Shown piece by piece: positions 8,528 to 19,226 of a stretch of 64,000 nucleotides of DNA. The stretch covers positions 5,280,001-5,344,000 of the forward strand of contig CAVYRF010000002.1 of assembly GCA_963770895.1 (NCBI GenBank), written 5' to 3'. The DNA comes from an uncultured Acidobacteriota bacterium. Lineage in GTDB: Bacteria; Acidobacteriota; Thermoanaerobaculia; Multivoradales; UBA5704. The notes below the pieces were generated by a model. The model saw only the letters and a program-made list of their open reading frames with translations, searched no databases and was not told the DNA's origin. A program made the position numbers and the translations under genes. Position 1 is the stretch's first letter. Every line of letters starts with the position of its first letter.

Positions 8528-10492
8528 ATGCCACCCGATTCCGTCCCGACGTATGCGCCGATCCGCGACTATGCGCTGATCGGGGATTGCCGGACCGCGG
8601 CCCTGGTTTCGCGCTGGGGGTCGGTGGATTTTCTGTGTCTGCCGCGGTTCGACGGGGCCTCGGTGTTTGCGGCGCTGCTGGATGCGGAGGGCGGCGGCAG
8701 GTTTTTCGTGCGGCCGGCGGACGGGCCGTTCGAGGCGCGGCGGTGCTACGTGGACAGCACCAACGTGCTGCAGACCACCTTCCGCACCGCCGGCGGCGAG
8801 CTGCGGCTGACCGACGCGATGAGCGTTTCCGGGCACGACGAGCGGCGGGGGGAGCTGCTGCCCGAGCACGAGCTGCTGCGCTGTATCGAGTGCACCGCCG
8901 GCCAGGTCGCAGTCGAAGTGGGGTGCGATCCGCGTTTCGATTGGGGGCGCGCGGTGCCGATGCCGCGCGACCGGCGAGCCCTGGGTTTCATCTGGGAGCA
9001 CTCCGACCAGCTGCTGGTGTTGCGCAGCGAGGTACCGGTCGCGGCGGCGCCCGCCCGCTCCGGCGACGGCGGTGGCGGTGGGGGCGGTGGCGACGGGCGG
9101 CGCGCCGGTGTGTACGGCCGCGAGGTGCTGTCGGCGGGCGACCGGCGGTTTGTGTCGCTGGCTTCGATCAGCGGCGAGCCGGGCGTCTTCCTGCCGCTGG
9201 GGGAGGCCGCGGCGGCGCGGCTGGCGCGGTCGGTGCGGTGGTGGGAGCGATGGATCGCCGACTGCGTGTACTCCGGCCCGGCGCGGGCGGCGGTGGTGCG
9301 GAGCCTGCTGGCGCTCAAGCTGCTGACCTACTCGCCGTCGGGCGCGGTGATCGCTTCGCCCACCACGTCGCTGCCGGAAGAGATCGGCGGCGTGCGCAAT
9401 TGGGACTATCGCTACTGCTGGCTGCGCGACGCGTCGTGGACGCTGACCGCCTTTTTCGACCTGGGCTATCGCGACGAAGGACAGGCGTTCTTCTCGTGGT
9501 TGCTGTACGCCACGCGCATGCGCACGCCGGCACCCGCCAGCCACCGCTGGACGCCGCGGCTGCGCATCCTGAACGTGCTCTACGACGTGCATGGCGAAGT
9601 GCGGTTGCGCGAGCGCGAGCTGTCGTGGCTGTCCGGCTACGCGGGCTCGCGGCCGGTGCGGGTGGGCAACGGCGCCAGCGGCCAGCTGCAGCTGGACATC
9701 TTTGGCGAGGTGGTGCAGGCGGCGTTTGAGTTCGTCGAGCGCGGCGGCACTTTGGACGCCACCGAAGGCAGGCTGTTGCGGCAGCTCGGCGACACCGTGA
9801 GCCGGTTGTGGCGCGAGCCCGACCAGGGGATCTGGGAGAAGCGCTCGGGCCGCTTCCACCACACCTATTCCAAGGCGATGTGCTGGGTGGCGCTGGATCG
9901 CCTGCTGCTGCTCGGGGAGCGCGGCGCCATCCGCCTGCCGTCCAGGAGCGCGGCGGGCTTCCGGCGCGAGCGCGAGGCGCTGCGCGCCGCCATCGAGGGC
10001 GAAGGGTGGAGCGAGCGGTTGGGCAGCTACGTCGACGTGCTGGGCGGCGACGAGCTGGATGCCAGCCTGCTGCTGCTCGGTCTGCGCGGCTTTGACGACC
10101 CGGCGCGTTCGCCGCGCCTGCAGGCGACGCTCGCCCAGGTGCGCACCCGCCTGGAGAGCGGCGGCCTGCTGTACCGCTACCCGCCGGGGGACGACGGGAT
10201 TGCCGGCGGCGAGGCGGCGTTCGGCATCTGCAGCTTCTGGCTGGCGGAGTTTCTGGCGCGCATGGGCCGCGTCGCGGAAGCCCAGGCGCAGTTCGACCGC
10301 GTCGTCGGCCACGCCAACGACGTCGGCCTGTTCAGCGAAGAGATCGAGCCGGCAACGGGCGCGCACCTGGGCAACTTCCCGCAGGCCTTCACCCATGTCG
10401 GCTTGATCTCGGCGGCGCTCGCCATCGCCGCCGCCACGGACGGCGAAGTGGCGCGCGCGGCGCCGGACGCGGCAAAGGGGGTGCGCCTGTGA
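8528..10492 (+). CDS. glycoside hydrolase family 15 (trehalase/glucoamylase-like)
   Basis: [64 protein letters not shown]. Confidence 0.95.
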   Translation: MPPDSVPTYAPIRDYALIGDCRTAALVSRWGSVDFLCLPRFDGASVFAALLDAEGGGRFFVRPADGPFEARRCYVDSTNVLQTTFRTAGGELRLTDAMSVSGHDERRGELLPEHELLRCIECTAGQVAVEVGCDPRFDWGRAVPMPRDRRALGFIWEHSDQLLVLRSEVPVAAAPARSGDGGGGGGGGDGRRAGVYGREVLSAGDRRFVSLASISGEPGVFLPLGEAAAARLARSVRWWERWIADCVYSGPARAAVVRSLLALKLLTYSPSGAVIASPTTSLPEEIGGVRNWDYRYCWLRDASWTLTAFFDLGYRDEGQAFFSWLLYATRMRTPAPASHRWTPRLRILNVLYDVHGEVRLRERELSWLSGYAGSRPVRVGNGASGQLQLDIFGEVVQAAFEFVERGGTLDATEGRLLRQLGDTVSRLWREPDQGIWEKRSGRFHHTYSKAMCWVALDRLLLLGERGAIRLPSRSAAGFRREREALRAAIEGEGWSERLGSYVDVLGGDELDASLLLLGLRGFDDPARSPRLQATLAQVRTRLESGGLLYRYPPGDDGIAGGEAAFGICSFWLAEFLARMGRVAEAQAQFDRVVGHANDVGLFSEEIEPATGAHLGNFPQAFTHVGLISAALAIAAATDGEVARAAPDAAKGVRL

Positions 10493-10971
10493 ACATCGGC
10501 AGCGTCCTGCTGGCAGGCTTTTGCGCCACGCTGGTGCTGACCAGCTGCCTGGCCGCCAGCCAGGGTTTGGGCCTGTCGCGGCTGTCGCTGCCGCTGGTTC
10601 TGGGCGCCGCCTTTTCGCCCGACCGCCAGCGTGCCAACCTGATCGGGTTTGTGCTGCACATGGTCAACGGCTGGCTGTTCGCGCTGGTCTACGCGCTGGC
10701 TTTCGAAAGCCTGCGCCGCGCCAACTGGTGGTTGGGCGCCGGCTTCGGCCTGGTGCAGGCGCTGTTCATCCTGACGGTGGTGATGCCGTTGCTGCCGGCG
10801 CTGCATCCGCGCATGGCCGGCGAGGACTACGGGCCCAGCCCCACGCGCCAGCTGGAACCGCCCGGCTTTCTGGCGCTCAACTACGGCCGCCACACGCCGC
10901 TCGCGACCCTGATCGCTCACCTCTTGTACGGCGCCATCCTGGGCGCCTTCTACACCCTGGCGCCGCGGTAG
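10489..10971 (+). CDS. small integral membrane protein
   Basis: About 4 hydrophobic helices, C-terminal [10 protein letters not shown]; GTGA overlap with GH15. Confidence 0.75.
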   Translation: MNIGSVLLAGFCATLVLTSCLAASQGLGLSRLSLPLVLGAAFSPDRQRANLIGFVLHMVNGWLFALVYALAFESLRRANWWLGAGFGLVQALFILTVVMPLLPALHPRMAGEDYGPSPTRQLEPPGFLALNYGRHTPLATLIAHLLYGAILGAFYTLAPR

Positions 10972-11024
10972 CCGGCGCGCCTCGGCCCGCGGCCAGCAGA
11001 CCCTACGGAAGTGGAGGATACCTG

Positions 11025-11942
11025 ATGACAGACAAGACCCATTCGCATACCGCCGCCCCTCACGCCGCCGCCCACCAGGGCGAACGGCCGATCGCGGCCA
11101 GCGGCACCATCCACCTGGGCGACCTGCAAGTCCATCGCCTGGGGTACGGCGCCATGCAGCTGACCGGCCGCGGCGTCTGGGGACCGCCCAAGGACCACGA
11201 CGAAGCCATCCGCGTGCTGCGGCGGGCGATCGACCTGGGGGTCGATCTGATCGATACAGCCGACTCGTATGGACCGTACGTCTCCGAGGAGCTGATCCGC
11301 GAGGCGCTGCATCCCTATCCGTCACACCTGTCGATCGCCACCAAGGCTGGCTTCGTGCGCACGGGGCCGGGGGACGGGTGGGTTCCCGTCGGCAGGCCGG
11401 AATACCTGCGGCAGGAATGTGAGATGAGCCTGCGCCGCCTGGGCGTCGAACGGCTCGACCTGTTCCAGCTGCATCGCATCGATCCCAAGGTGCCGGCGGA
11501 CGAGCAGTTCGGCTTGCTCAAGGAGCTGCGCGACGAGGGCAAGGTGCGCAACGTCGGCCTTTCCGAGGTGAACGTCGACGAGATCCTGGCGGCGCAGGCG
11601 GTGGTGCCGATCGTGTCGGTGCAGAACCGTTACAACTTGATCGATCGCCAACACGAAAAGGTGTTGGACCACTGCGCCGCGCACGGCATCGCCTTCATCC
11701 CCTGGTACCCCATCGCCAGCGGCGCGCTGGTCAAGCCGGGCGGGCCTCTGGACGAGATCGGCAAGGCCGTCGGCGCGACCCCGCCGCAGGTGGCGCTCGC
11801 CTGGCTGCTGCACCGCGCGCCGGTGATGCTGCCGATCCCCGGCACCTCGACCGTGGCCCACCTGGAAGAGAACTGCGCCGCCGCCACGATCAAGCTGACC
11901 GATGCCCAGGTCGCGAAGCTGAGCAGCGCCAAATTCTCCTAG
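11025..11942 (+). CDS. aldo/keto reductase
   Basis: [43 protein letters not shown]; GGAGG RBS. Confidence 0.95.
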   Translation: MTDKTHSHTAAPHAAAHQGERPIAASGTIHLGDLQVHRLGYGAMQLTGRGVWGPPKDHDEAIRVLRRAIDLGVDLIDTADSYGPYVSEELIREALHPYPSHLSIATKAGFVRTGPGDGWVPVGRPEYLRQECEMSLRRLGVERLDLFQLHRIDPKVPADEQFGLLKELRDEGKVRNVGLSEVNVDEILAAQAVVPIVSVQNRYNLIDRQHEKVLDHCAAHGIAFIPWYPIASGALVKPGGPLDEIGKAVGATPPQVALAWLLHRAPVMLPIPGTSTVAHLEENCAAATIKLTDAQVAKLSSAKFS

Positions 11943-12046
11943 TCTGGCGGCCAAACCGCCCATCGGTCGCGTCCGTCCGGAGCGCCGTGGCGGGGGTGCG
12001 CCTCTGCGAGCCCGCGGTGGACGCGGCGGTTTGCCTCTCGGCTTGC

Positions 12047-12061
12047 TGGCACCTTTCTTGC
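12047..12061 (+). promoter_or_regulatory. sigma54 promoter upstream of the DUF4142 gene
   Basis: TGGCAC-CTTTC-TTGC, consensus match. Confidence 0.7.
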
Positions 12062-12168
12062 CTTAGTACAAAGAGTGGGGGTGATCCGGGCCGGGCCCCC
12101 GCAGCGATGGAATGCGATGGGAAGTCCGCAAGCTCGCGGGCTTCGCCGGCCAAGGAAGGAGATGGATC

Positions 12169-12798
12169 ATGCGCAACTTGGTAAAACCTTTCCTTTTTGC
12201 TTCCGGGGTGGCGCTGGCCGCGGTCCTGGCGGCGGCTCCCTCTCTGGGGCAGGGGATGGCACACAATGCTCCCAGCCCCGGCGACTTGAACGCGCCGGCC
12301 AGCCCCGGCGACATGAACGCGCCGGCACGCATGGACCAGATGGACAACAACACCGCCAGCGCCCTGCACGGACGCGACCGCGACTTCGTGATGGACGCGG
12401 CGCGCGGCGGCCTGGCCGAGGTCGAGCTGGGCAAGCTGGCCGTGGCCAAGGGCACCAGCCCCGACGTCAAGCAGTTCGGCCAGCGGATGGTCGACGATCA
12501 CAGCAGGGCCAATGACAAGCTGCGCGAAGTGGCCCTTTCGAAGGGCGTGACGCTGCCGGCCGACATGGACAGGAAGAGCCGCGACGAATATCGCAAGCTG
12601 GACCAGCTGTCCGGCGAGCGGTTCGATCGCGCCTACGTCGACATGATGGTCAAAGACCACAAGAAGGACGTCGCCGACTTCGATCACGAGGTCAAGCGCG
12701 GCAACGATCCCGACGTGCAGCGCTTCGCTTCGATGACCCTGCCGACCCTCGAGGAGCATCTCACCATGGTCAAGGGTCTGCAGGGCATGCAGCACTGA
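12169..12798 (+). CDS. secreted DUF4142 (ferritin-like) protein
   Basis: Signal peptide; DRDFVMDAARGGLAEVELGKLA, FGQRMVDDH, FDRAYVDMMVKDH, TLPTLEEHL; short NAPxSPGD duplication. Confidence 0.9.
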   Translation: MRNLVKPFLFASGVALAAVLAAAPSLGQGMAHNAPSPGDLNAPASPGDMNAPARMDQMDNNTASALHGRDRDFVMDAARGGLAEVELGKLAVAKGTSPDVKQFGQRMVDDHSRANDKLREVALSKGVTLPADMDRKSRDEYRKLDQLSGERFDRAYVDMMVKDHKKDVADFDHEVKRGNDPDVQRFASMTLPTLEEHLTMVKGLQGMQH

Positions 12799-13063
12799 CG
12801 CCAGGCCACCAGGCTGGCTCGGCCACTGGCCGGCCGGCCAACGACCAACCCGCATTCGCCGAACCGGGCCGTGGGGCGCGCGCGGCAGATCTGAGCCCAA
12901 GTCTGCCGTGCGCCCTGCAGCCTCGCATAAGCGGCCTTCTCTCCTGCTCCGGGCACGAGTGATCCCGCTCTCCCGCCCCGTCACCCCCATTTCACGCGGG
13001 GTGCTTTTTCGTAGCACCACCCATCCCGGCTGTTGCGCGCCGCCTATATAGCTGCTGCAGGCG

Positions 13064-13369
13064 GTGCTCGAAGGCGCCAAGCGCCAGGATCTGCAGGGCG
13101 CCACCTATCTTTCGCTGGAGGCCTGGGATCTCGGTACCGCCAGGGTCGGCGACACGACCTACAAGCACCGCGGGAGCTTTGTCACCGACCAGAGCGGTGA
13201 GCCGGCCTTCCTGTTCGTGGTCGAAAACGCCAAGGATGGTTCAACCGTGACCTACTCCGGCAGGATCGGCGCAAAGGGCAGCAGCGTTTCCTATAAGAAG
13301 GTCGCTATGAGCGCGCCCAACGCCACGCCCGAGGTCAGCAACGGGTCCTGGAGCCAGATCGCGGATTGA
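13064..13369 (+). CDS. hypothetical protein, probably 5'-truncated
   Basis: Globular composition; GTG start without RBS; in-frame TAG at 13049-13051. Confidence 0.4.
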   Translation: MLEGAKRQDLQGATYLSLEAWDLGTARVGDTTYKHRGSFVTDQSGEPAFLFVVENAKDGSTVTYSGRIGAKGSSVSYKKVAMSAPNATPEVSNGSWSQIAD

Positions 13370-13567
13370 GGCGGCCGGCAACCGGCATGCCCAGCCGGAG
13401 GCAACCCCCGCGGGGTGGCGGTGGCGCAGCGGTCTCCAGGAGCGGCGACGGCTCGGGGGGGCAGGGGGTTGCCTCTGGATTGGAAGAGCATGATCCCAGT
13501 TCGGATCGACTCATCGAGCCAGCCATGCAGCGCGGCCGGGGCTGAGAATTACTCTCGCTCAAGTGCC

Positions 13568-13622
13568 AGTGTCCCGCCCGGTTCATTCGCATAGTCCAAG
13601 CGAATGAACCGGGCGGGACACT
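13568..13622. repeat. perfect 23-bp inverted repeat with 9-nt loop, matching the MITE ends at 50994-51156
   Basis: AGTGTCCCGCCCGGTTCATTCGC-atagtccaa-GCGAATGAACCGGGCGGGACACT. Confidence 0.9.
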
Positions 13623-13809
13623 TCCAATGCTCGTTAAATGACGGCGGAAGAGAAGGCGACCGGCGCCTTTCTCGGCATGATCGGCTGCCGAGAGATATAG
13701 GGCGCGGCGAGAGCGCGGAGGTGGAGTTGTTTTTCGGGCGGCGCCGGCTTCGTCGACCGGTGCCGGCCCGCCCCGCGAGGGGGCGGACCGGCGGGATGCC
13801 AGGGATGGG

Positions 13810-16800
13810 CTAGTTGCGGCCGAGGCGGAAGGCGCCGGCCAGGGCGAGCAGGGAGGCCAGGGCGATCAAGCCGAAGGTGCCGAGGGTCGGGACCTGCGCC
13901 GCCGGGTCGATGGGGACGTTGACGGCCTGGCTGGCCGAACAGCCGGTGGTGGTGGTGACGGTGACCTGGATCGACGCCGTGCCGGTTGTGCCGGTGGTGA
14001 AGGTGATGTGGTTGGTTCCGGCGCCACCGGTGATCGAGCCGCCGGTGATCGACCAGCTGTAGGTTGCGCCGACGCCGGCGTCGGCTACCGAGGCGCTGCC
14101 GGTGCTCTCCGGCGCCAGGCCTGTCGGCGCGGTGATGGTGGCATCGGTGATGGCGTCGCCGACGGTGCCCGTCTGGTTGCCGTAGTTGGCATTGGTGAAG
14201 GTCCAGGGATCGGCGGCGTAGGTGCCGACGGCGGAGTGGGTGGTGCCGCTCAGGACCAGGCCGGTGAGGGTTTCGCTGATCACCCCGGTAGCCGAGCCGG
14301 TCGCGGTATGGGGGGCGCCGTCGAAGGCCGCGCAGTAGGCGGTGACGCCGATGGTGGCCGTGGCCTTGTTGATGGTGAGCGCCGCGGCAGACTTTGCGGC
14401 GCCGGCACTGTTGTTGGCGTCACCGGCGGTGCTGGCCGCGACCAGGTAGGTGCCGGCGTTGGTGGGCGCCGTGCCGGTGGGGCCGTAGACGGTCGAGCCG
14501 GTGCCGCTGTAGTTCAAAACCAAGGTCAGGGATTCGCCGGCGCCGCCGGTGGCCGAGCCGCTGCCGCCCTGCGGGCTGCCGTTGTAGGTGAAGGTGCCGC
14601 CGTTGACGGCCACGACCGGGGTCGCCTTGTTGATGGTGAGCGCCGCGGCGGTGGGCGAGGTGCCGGCATTGTTGTTTTCGTCGCCGACGGTGCTGGCGGA
14701 GATGAGGTAGCTGCCGGCGTCGACGGGGGCGGAAGTCGTTGGTCCGTAGATCGTCGAGCCGGTGCCGCTGTAGGAGAGCGTCAGCGGCAGGGATTCGCCG
14801 GCGCCGCCGGTGGCGGAGCCGCTGCCGCCGTGCGGGTTGCCGTCGTAGGTGAAGGTGCCGCCGGTGGCAGCCACCGTCGAGGTCGCCTTGTTGATGGTGA
14901 GCGGCGCCGGGGTGGCGGCGGTGCCGGCGTTGTTGTTGCTGTCGCCGGTGGTGCTGGCCGACACCTGATAGGTGCCGGCGTCGGTGGGCGCCGTGCCGGA
15001 GGGACCGTAGGTGGTCGCGCCGGTGCCGGTGTAGGTGAGCGTCACCGGCAGCGTCTCGTTGAGCGCGCCCAAGGCGGTGCCGCTGCCGCCGTGCGGGTTG
15101 CCGTTGTAGGTGAAGGTGCCGCCGGCGTTGGTGAGCGTGGGATTGGCCTTGGCGATGGTGATGGTCTGGTTGTTCGACACCGGCGCCGAGTAGTTCGGGT
15201 CGTTCAGCGTCGCCGTCATGGTGTGGACGCCGGCGGTCATCTTGTTGGTCAGCGACGACTGCCAGAGGCCGAGGCCGCCGGCGGCCGCGGTGACGATGCT
15301 GAACGACTGCGGCGAGCCGAGAGGCGAGGCGCCGTCCAGGAACTGCATGGTGCCGGTGACTCCCGGCACCACCGTCCCGGCCAGGCCGAGGGCGCCGCTC
15401 ATGGTGAAGTTCTGGCCGTAGGTGCCGGCGTTTTTCGCGGTGAGCTGGATGGTGGTCGCCGTCTGGTTGAACGTCTGCGAGAACGGCGCCGAGGTGCTGG
15501 AATTGAACGTCGCGTTGCCGGCGTAGACCGCGGTGATCATGTGGACGCCGGCGAGCAGGCTGACGGTCGCCGCCGGACGGAAGGTGGCGGTGTGGGCGGC
15601 GCCGACCGTGCCGCTGCCCAGCAAAAGGTTGCCGTCGAAGAAGTTGACGGTGCCGCTGGTGACCGTGGTCGGGGTCATCGTCGCGGTAAAGGTCGGCCGG
15701 CCGCCGACCGCCGCGGGGTTGGTGTTGGACGTCACCGCGACGGAGGTGGCGGTGCCGCCCTGCACGGTCACCGTGACGGCGGTCGAGGTCAGCGGGCCGT
15801 AGTTGGTGTCGCCCGCCCAGCTGGCGACGATCGAGTGCGCGCCGGCGCTGGTGATCGCGGTGGTGGTCAGGACGGCCCGCGCCGAACCGACGGCCGCGCC
15901 GGGGGCCAGCGTGGCGGTGCCCAGAGCGGTCGCGGTCGTGTTGTCGGTGAAGGTCACCGTGCCGGTGGGGCTGAGGGTGCCAGGCCCCGCTCCCGACAGG
16001 CCGGTCAGCGTATAGGTGAGCTGCACCGAGCCGGCGGAGGAGATGTTGGTGGCGCTGGTGGCCAGCGCCTGGGTGACCGTGCCCTGGCCGATGATGACGG
16101 TGACCGTGGCCGCGGTGGCGGCGCCGAAGCTGGTGTCGCCCGAATAGGAGCCGCCCAGCACGTGGCTGCCGACGGTGAAAGGCGCGAAGTCCTGGAAGGT
16201 GTAGCCGCTGACGCACGAGGTCGTGGGGATGGCACCCGACAGGAAGTGCCCGACGCCGTTGGAGTTGAGCGTGACGGTCAGGAGCGGGTTGCCGTTGTCG
16301 GTGATCGCGACGGTGCCGGTCGGCGAGCCCTGCCCCGAAGCGCCGGCGACCGTGACGTCGGTCCACACGTAGCTGCCGTAGGTGAAGGCGGTCTGCGGCG
16401 TCTCAACGCAGGTGGTGCCGTTGAAGGCGTTCGGCGCGATGGTGACGGTGGCCGACTCCTGCGTCACGGTGAGGGTGAGCGGCGCCGAGGTGCTGGAGGA
16501 GAAGGTGCCGTCGCCGCTGTAGCGGGCGACCAGGCTGTAGGTGCCGGCCGGCAGGTTGGTGACGGCGATCGAGTAGTTGCCGCTGCCGTCCAGGGTCGCC
16601 AGCGGCACGGCGTTGAGGAACGCCCCGGTGTTGGGGTCCATGGGGTTGCCCAGGGCGCCGCTGCTGGGGATGAAGGTGACGGTGCCGGTCGGCGTGCCGG
16701 TGCCGGTTCCCGGAGTGACCGAGCCGCTCATCGTCACCGCCTGACCGTGAGTGATGCCGGTGGTCTGCGACGCGCCCAGGGTGATGTTGGTGCTGCGGAA

Positions 16801-18981
16801 CGTCACCGTGTTCCACAAGGTGGCCAGCTGGTAGACGTTGGGCGAGCCCAGGCCGGTTGCCATGTCGTAGCCGGGGGTCGCGGTCCAGCCCAGCTTGGTG
16901 GCGGTGGTACAGGCGGAGTTGCCGCAGATCAGGGTGTTGCCGGCGATGATGTCGTGAAACGCGCAGTTGGCGTTGAGCGTCGCCGAGGTGGAGCCGCAAT
17001 CCAGTCCCGCGGTGTGCTGCGCGTCGGCGAGCGAGTAGTAGACGTAGTTGGGCATGCCCTGGCGGCCGCCGTTGTAGGCGTCGATCAGGGCCTGGACGCC
17101 GGCCATGGTCGGCGCGGCGACCGAGGTGCCGCCGACGATGCCGGCGTTGACGATGGCGCCGGTGCTGCTCAGCTGGCAGATGCCTTCGTTGCAGTACAGC
17201 GTGCCGTCGTGTTGGGCGGCCGCCGCCATGGCGACGTCAGGCATGTAGCGGTGCGGACCCGGCACGAACGGCGTCGCAGGGTCGCTCTTGAAGGCGTTGG
17301 GATAGGCGGGGTCGGAAGCGGGGACGCCGAAGCCGTGCTGCCAGGCCGGCGTCGGGATGTAGGCGCTGATGCCGCCGCTGCCCGACCAGAGGCCGGCGGC
17401 GCCGACCGCGCCGCTTCCCTTCGCTTCGTTCCAGGGCTGCTCGGGGATGTAGCCCAGGGCGGAGGCGAACGGCGCGGTGGTGGTTGCCGTCGTGCCCCAC
17501 CAGGGACCGCCGGTGGTGTCGGCGAAGATGGTGCCGCCGACCGCAACGTTGTAGGGCGACGACGCCAGACCGCTGACGGCGTAGCCGAAGGAAGAGAAGT
17601 TGCTGTTGGAGTTGTCGCACGAGGCCGGGCCGTTGTCGCCCGAGGAGACGAAGACCGATTCGCCCTGCGCCGCCGCCTGCCCCCAGAGGTTGGAGTAGAA
17701 GCTGATCGACGCGGCGGTGAAGTTGGCCTCGCACTGGCCGTAGCTCTCGCTGACGACGTCGGTCAAGTTGTTGTCGACGATATACATGGCGGACAGGTCG
17801 ACGCCGTCGGTGGTCAGCGTCGCGCGGGAGACGACGAAGTCGACGGTCGCGCCGGGAGCGGCGCCGCCCGAAACCTCGACGTCCAGCGACGACTCGCCGT
17901 CGTCGCCCGGCACCAGGCCGGGGTCCTCGCCGACGACGATGAAGTGGGGGTCGTTGACCTTCAGGCCGAACATCTGCCGGTACAGCTGGACGTCTTCGAG
18001 CGAGATGTCGGTGCGGCCGACGATGCCGATCGAGATGCCGGTGCCGTCAAAACCGCCGGTCAGCAGGGGCGTGGTGTTGTAGATCGACGCGAAGTCGCCG
18101 GCGCCGACGAAGTGCGTGGTGCCGTTGGTGTAGGCGGGCGCGCTGAAGGGGACGCTCGCGGGGTCCAGAAAGTAGAACTTGCCGGTGGGCAGGTTGGGCG
18201 CGTCGCTGCTGCTTGCCGCGGCCGCCTGGCTCTTGCCGTTGGCGATCCCCGCCGCCGCCACCGAACCCAGGGCGCGGAAGTCGGAGGTCTTGAAAAAGTC
18301 GTTGAGCGTCGGCACGCCGGCGATCACCTGTCGCAGCGCGGCCGGCACCGAGATGTCGGAATTGTTGGAAACGTGCTTGGCGCCGTTGACGTTGTAGGAG
18401 TGCATCTCGGTGCGGAACGCCGTTTCCACCTGCGTCACCTTGCCGCTGAACTGGATGAAGCGCTTGCTGTTGGCAACCTTTTCGACCTTGAAGCCCTGCC
18501 GCGTCAGCCAGTCGGTGACCTTGGCGACGTCGGCGTCGGCGACTCCGAAGCGGGCGCCGAACTCTTCCGGCGTCACCCACTTGTGCCAGTTGGGCGAGCC
18601 CTTGTCCAGCTGCTGGTCGAGCAGGGTTTGCAGCGCATGGTCCTGTTCGGGCGCCGGCTGCAACACCATCACCATGTGGTCGAGCGCCGTCTGCGACGAA
18701 AGCCGCCCGGTGTCCTGGGCGTTGTGCAGTGCCGGCGACACATGGCCCGCCAGCACGCTGCGCAGGCCGTCGTCGACCGGCGTCGTGACACGCGCCACGG
18801 GCCGGCTTTCCGCCGTCTGTGCCCAGGCCGTCGCGGTGGAGGCCGTCAGGGCCGCCACCAGCGCCAGGACCAGGGCGACGGCCCCCAGCGCGGAGTGCGC
18901 CGGCCGGCCGCGGCCTGCGGGGGCCTGCGGGGCGGAGCGAAGAAGCGCTGCTGCGGCATCGATGTCTTGCGGGTGTTGCAT
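13810..18981 (-). CDS. large surface S53 (sedolisin/kumamolisin) protease with pro-domain, Ig-like and MBG-like repeats and IPTL-CTERM-like anchor
   Basis: Pro-domain WVTPEEFGARFG; catalytic ESSLD, SSGDNG, GGTSVAAP; Ca site GYDMATGLGS; tail VPTLGTFGLIALASLLALAGAFRLG; exact start uncertain. Confidence 0.9.
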   Translation of the reverse strand: MQHPQDIDAAAALLRSAPQAPAGRGRPAHSALGAVALVLALVAALTASTATAWAQTAESRPVARVTTPVDDGLRSVLAGHVSPALHNAQDTGRLSSQTALDHMVMVLQPAPEQDHALQTLLDQQLDKGSPNWHKWVTPEEFGARFGVADADVAKVTDWLTRQGFKVEKVANSKRFIQFSGKVTQVETAFRTEMHSYNVNGAKHVSNNSDISVPAALRQVIAGVPTLNDFFKTSDFRALGSVAAAGIANGKSQAAAASSSDAPNLPTGKFYFLDPASVPFSAPAYTNGTTHFVGAGDFASIYNTTPLLTGGFDGTGISIGIVGRTDISLEDVQLYRQMFGLKVNDPHFIVVGEDPGLVPGDDGESSLDVEVSGGAAPGATVDFVVSRATLTTDGVDLSAMYIVDNNLTDVVSESYGQCEANFTAASISFYSNLWGQAAAQGESVFVSSGDNGPASCDNSNSNFSSFGYAVSGLASSPYNVAVGGTIFADTTGGPWWGTTATTTAPFASALGYIPEQPWNEAKGSGAVGAAGLWSGSGGISAYIPTPAWQHGFGVPASDPAYPNAFKSDPATPFVPGPHRYMPDVAMAAAAQHDGTLYCNEGICQLSSTGAIVNAGIVGGTSVAAPTMAGVQALIDAYNGGRQGMPNYVYYSLADAQHTAGLDCGSTSATLNANCAFHDIIAGNTLICGNSACTTATKLGWTATPGYDMATGLGSPNVYQLATLWNTVTFRSTNITLGASQTTGITHGQAVTMSGSVTPGTGTGTPTGTVTFIPSSGALGNPMDPNTGAFLNAVPLATLDGSGNYSIAVTNLPAGTYSLVARYSGDGTFSSSTSAPLTLTVTQESATVTIAPNAFNGTTCVETPQTAFTYGSYVWTDVTVAGASGQGSPTGTVAITDNGNPLLTVTLNSNGVGHFLSGAIPTTSCVSGYTFQDFAPFTVGSHVLGGSYSGDTSFGAATAATVTVIIGQGTVTQALATSATNISSAGSVQLTYTLTGLSGAGPGTLSPTGTVTFTDNTTATALGTATLAPGAAVGSARAVLTTTAITSAGAHSIVASWAGDTNYGPLTSTAVTVTVQGGTATSVAVTSNTNPAAVGGRPTFTATMTPTTVTSGTVNFFDGNLLLGSGTVGAAHTATFRPAATVSLLAGVHMITAVYAGNATFNSSTSAPFSQTFNQTATTIQLTAKNAGTYGQNFTMSGALGLAGTVVPGVTGTMQFLDGASPLGSPQSFSIVTAAAGGLGLWQSSLTNKMTAGVHTMTATLNDPNYSAPVSNNQTITIAKANPTLTNAGGTFTYNGNPHGGSGTALGALNETLPVTLTYTGTGATTYGPSGTAPTDAGTYQVSASTTGDSNNNAGTAATPAPLTINKATSTVAATGGTFTYDGNPHGGSGSATGGAGESLPLTLSYSGTGSTIYGPTTSAPVDAGSYLISASTVGDENNNAGTSPTAAALTINKATPVVAVNGGTFTYNGSPQGGSGSATGGAGESLTLVLNYSGTGSTVYGPTGTAPTNAGTYLVAASTAGDANNSAGAAKSAAALTINKATATIGVTAYCAAFDGAPHTATGSATGVISETLTGLVLSGTTHSAVGTYAADPWTFTNANYGNQTGTVGDAITDATITAPTGLAPESTGSASVADAGVGATYSWSITGGSITGGAGTNHITFTTGTTGTASIQVTVTTTTGCSASQAVNVPIDPAAQVPTLGTFGLIALASLLALAGAFRLGRN
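14364..15147 (-). repeat. three tandem 261-bp (87-aa) MBG-like domain repeats inside the S53 gene
   Basis: Recurring TI(N/A)KA...GGTFTY(N/D)G.P.GGSG...AP.(D/N)AG.Y units at 261-bp spacing. Confidence 0.85.
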
Positions 18982-19226
18982 GGCGGTCACCACCTTGGGT
19001 TCATGAAGGCCAGCCGTTGCGGCGGCGGGGGCGCTAAGGAAACGGCGCTCGACCACCGTCGGACATGACTTTCGTCGATTGGACGAAACCCCCCTCTGCT
19101 GGCTAGGCAGGGCGATTACACTGTACAAATGAACGCAGGGATCTTCTACCGGCCGTCACATCATGTCAAGGCCGCATGAACGTACTTGACGCATAGCCGT
19201 TCGCGCATGTGTCAAGGTCCGCGACC

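Noticed and set aside
14008-19068. 1686-aa plus-strand ORF
   Set aside because: Antisense shadow of the S53 protease
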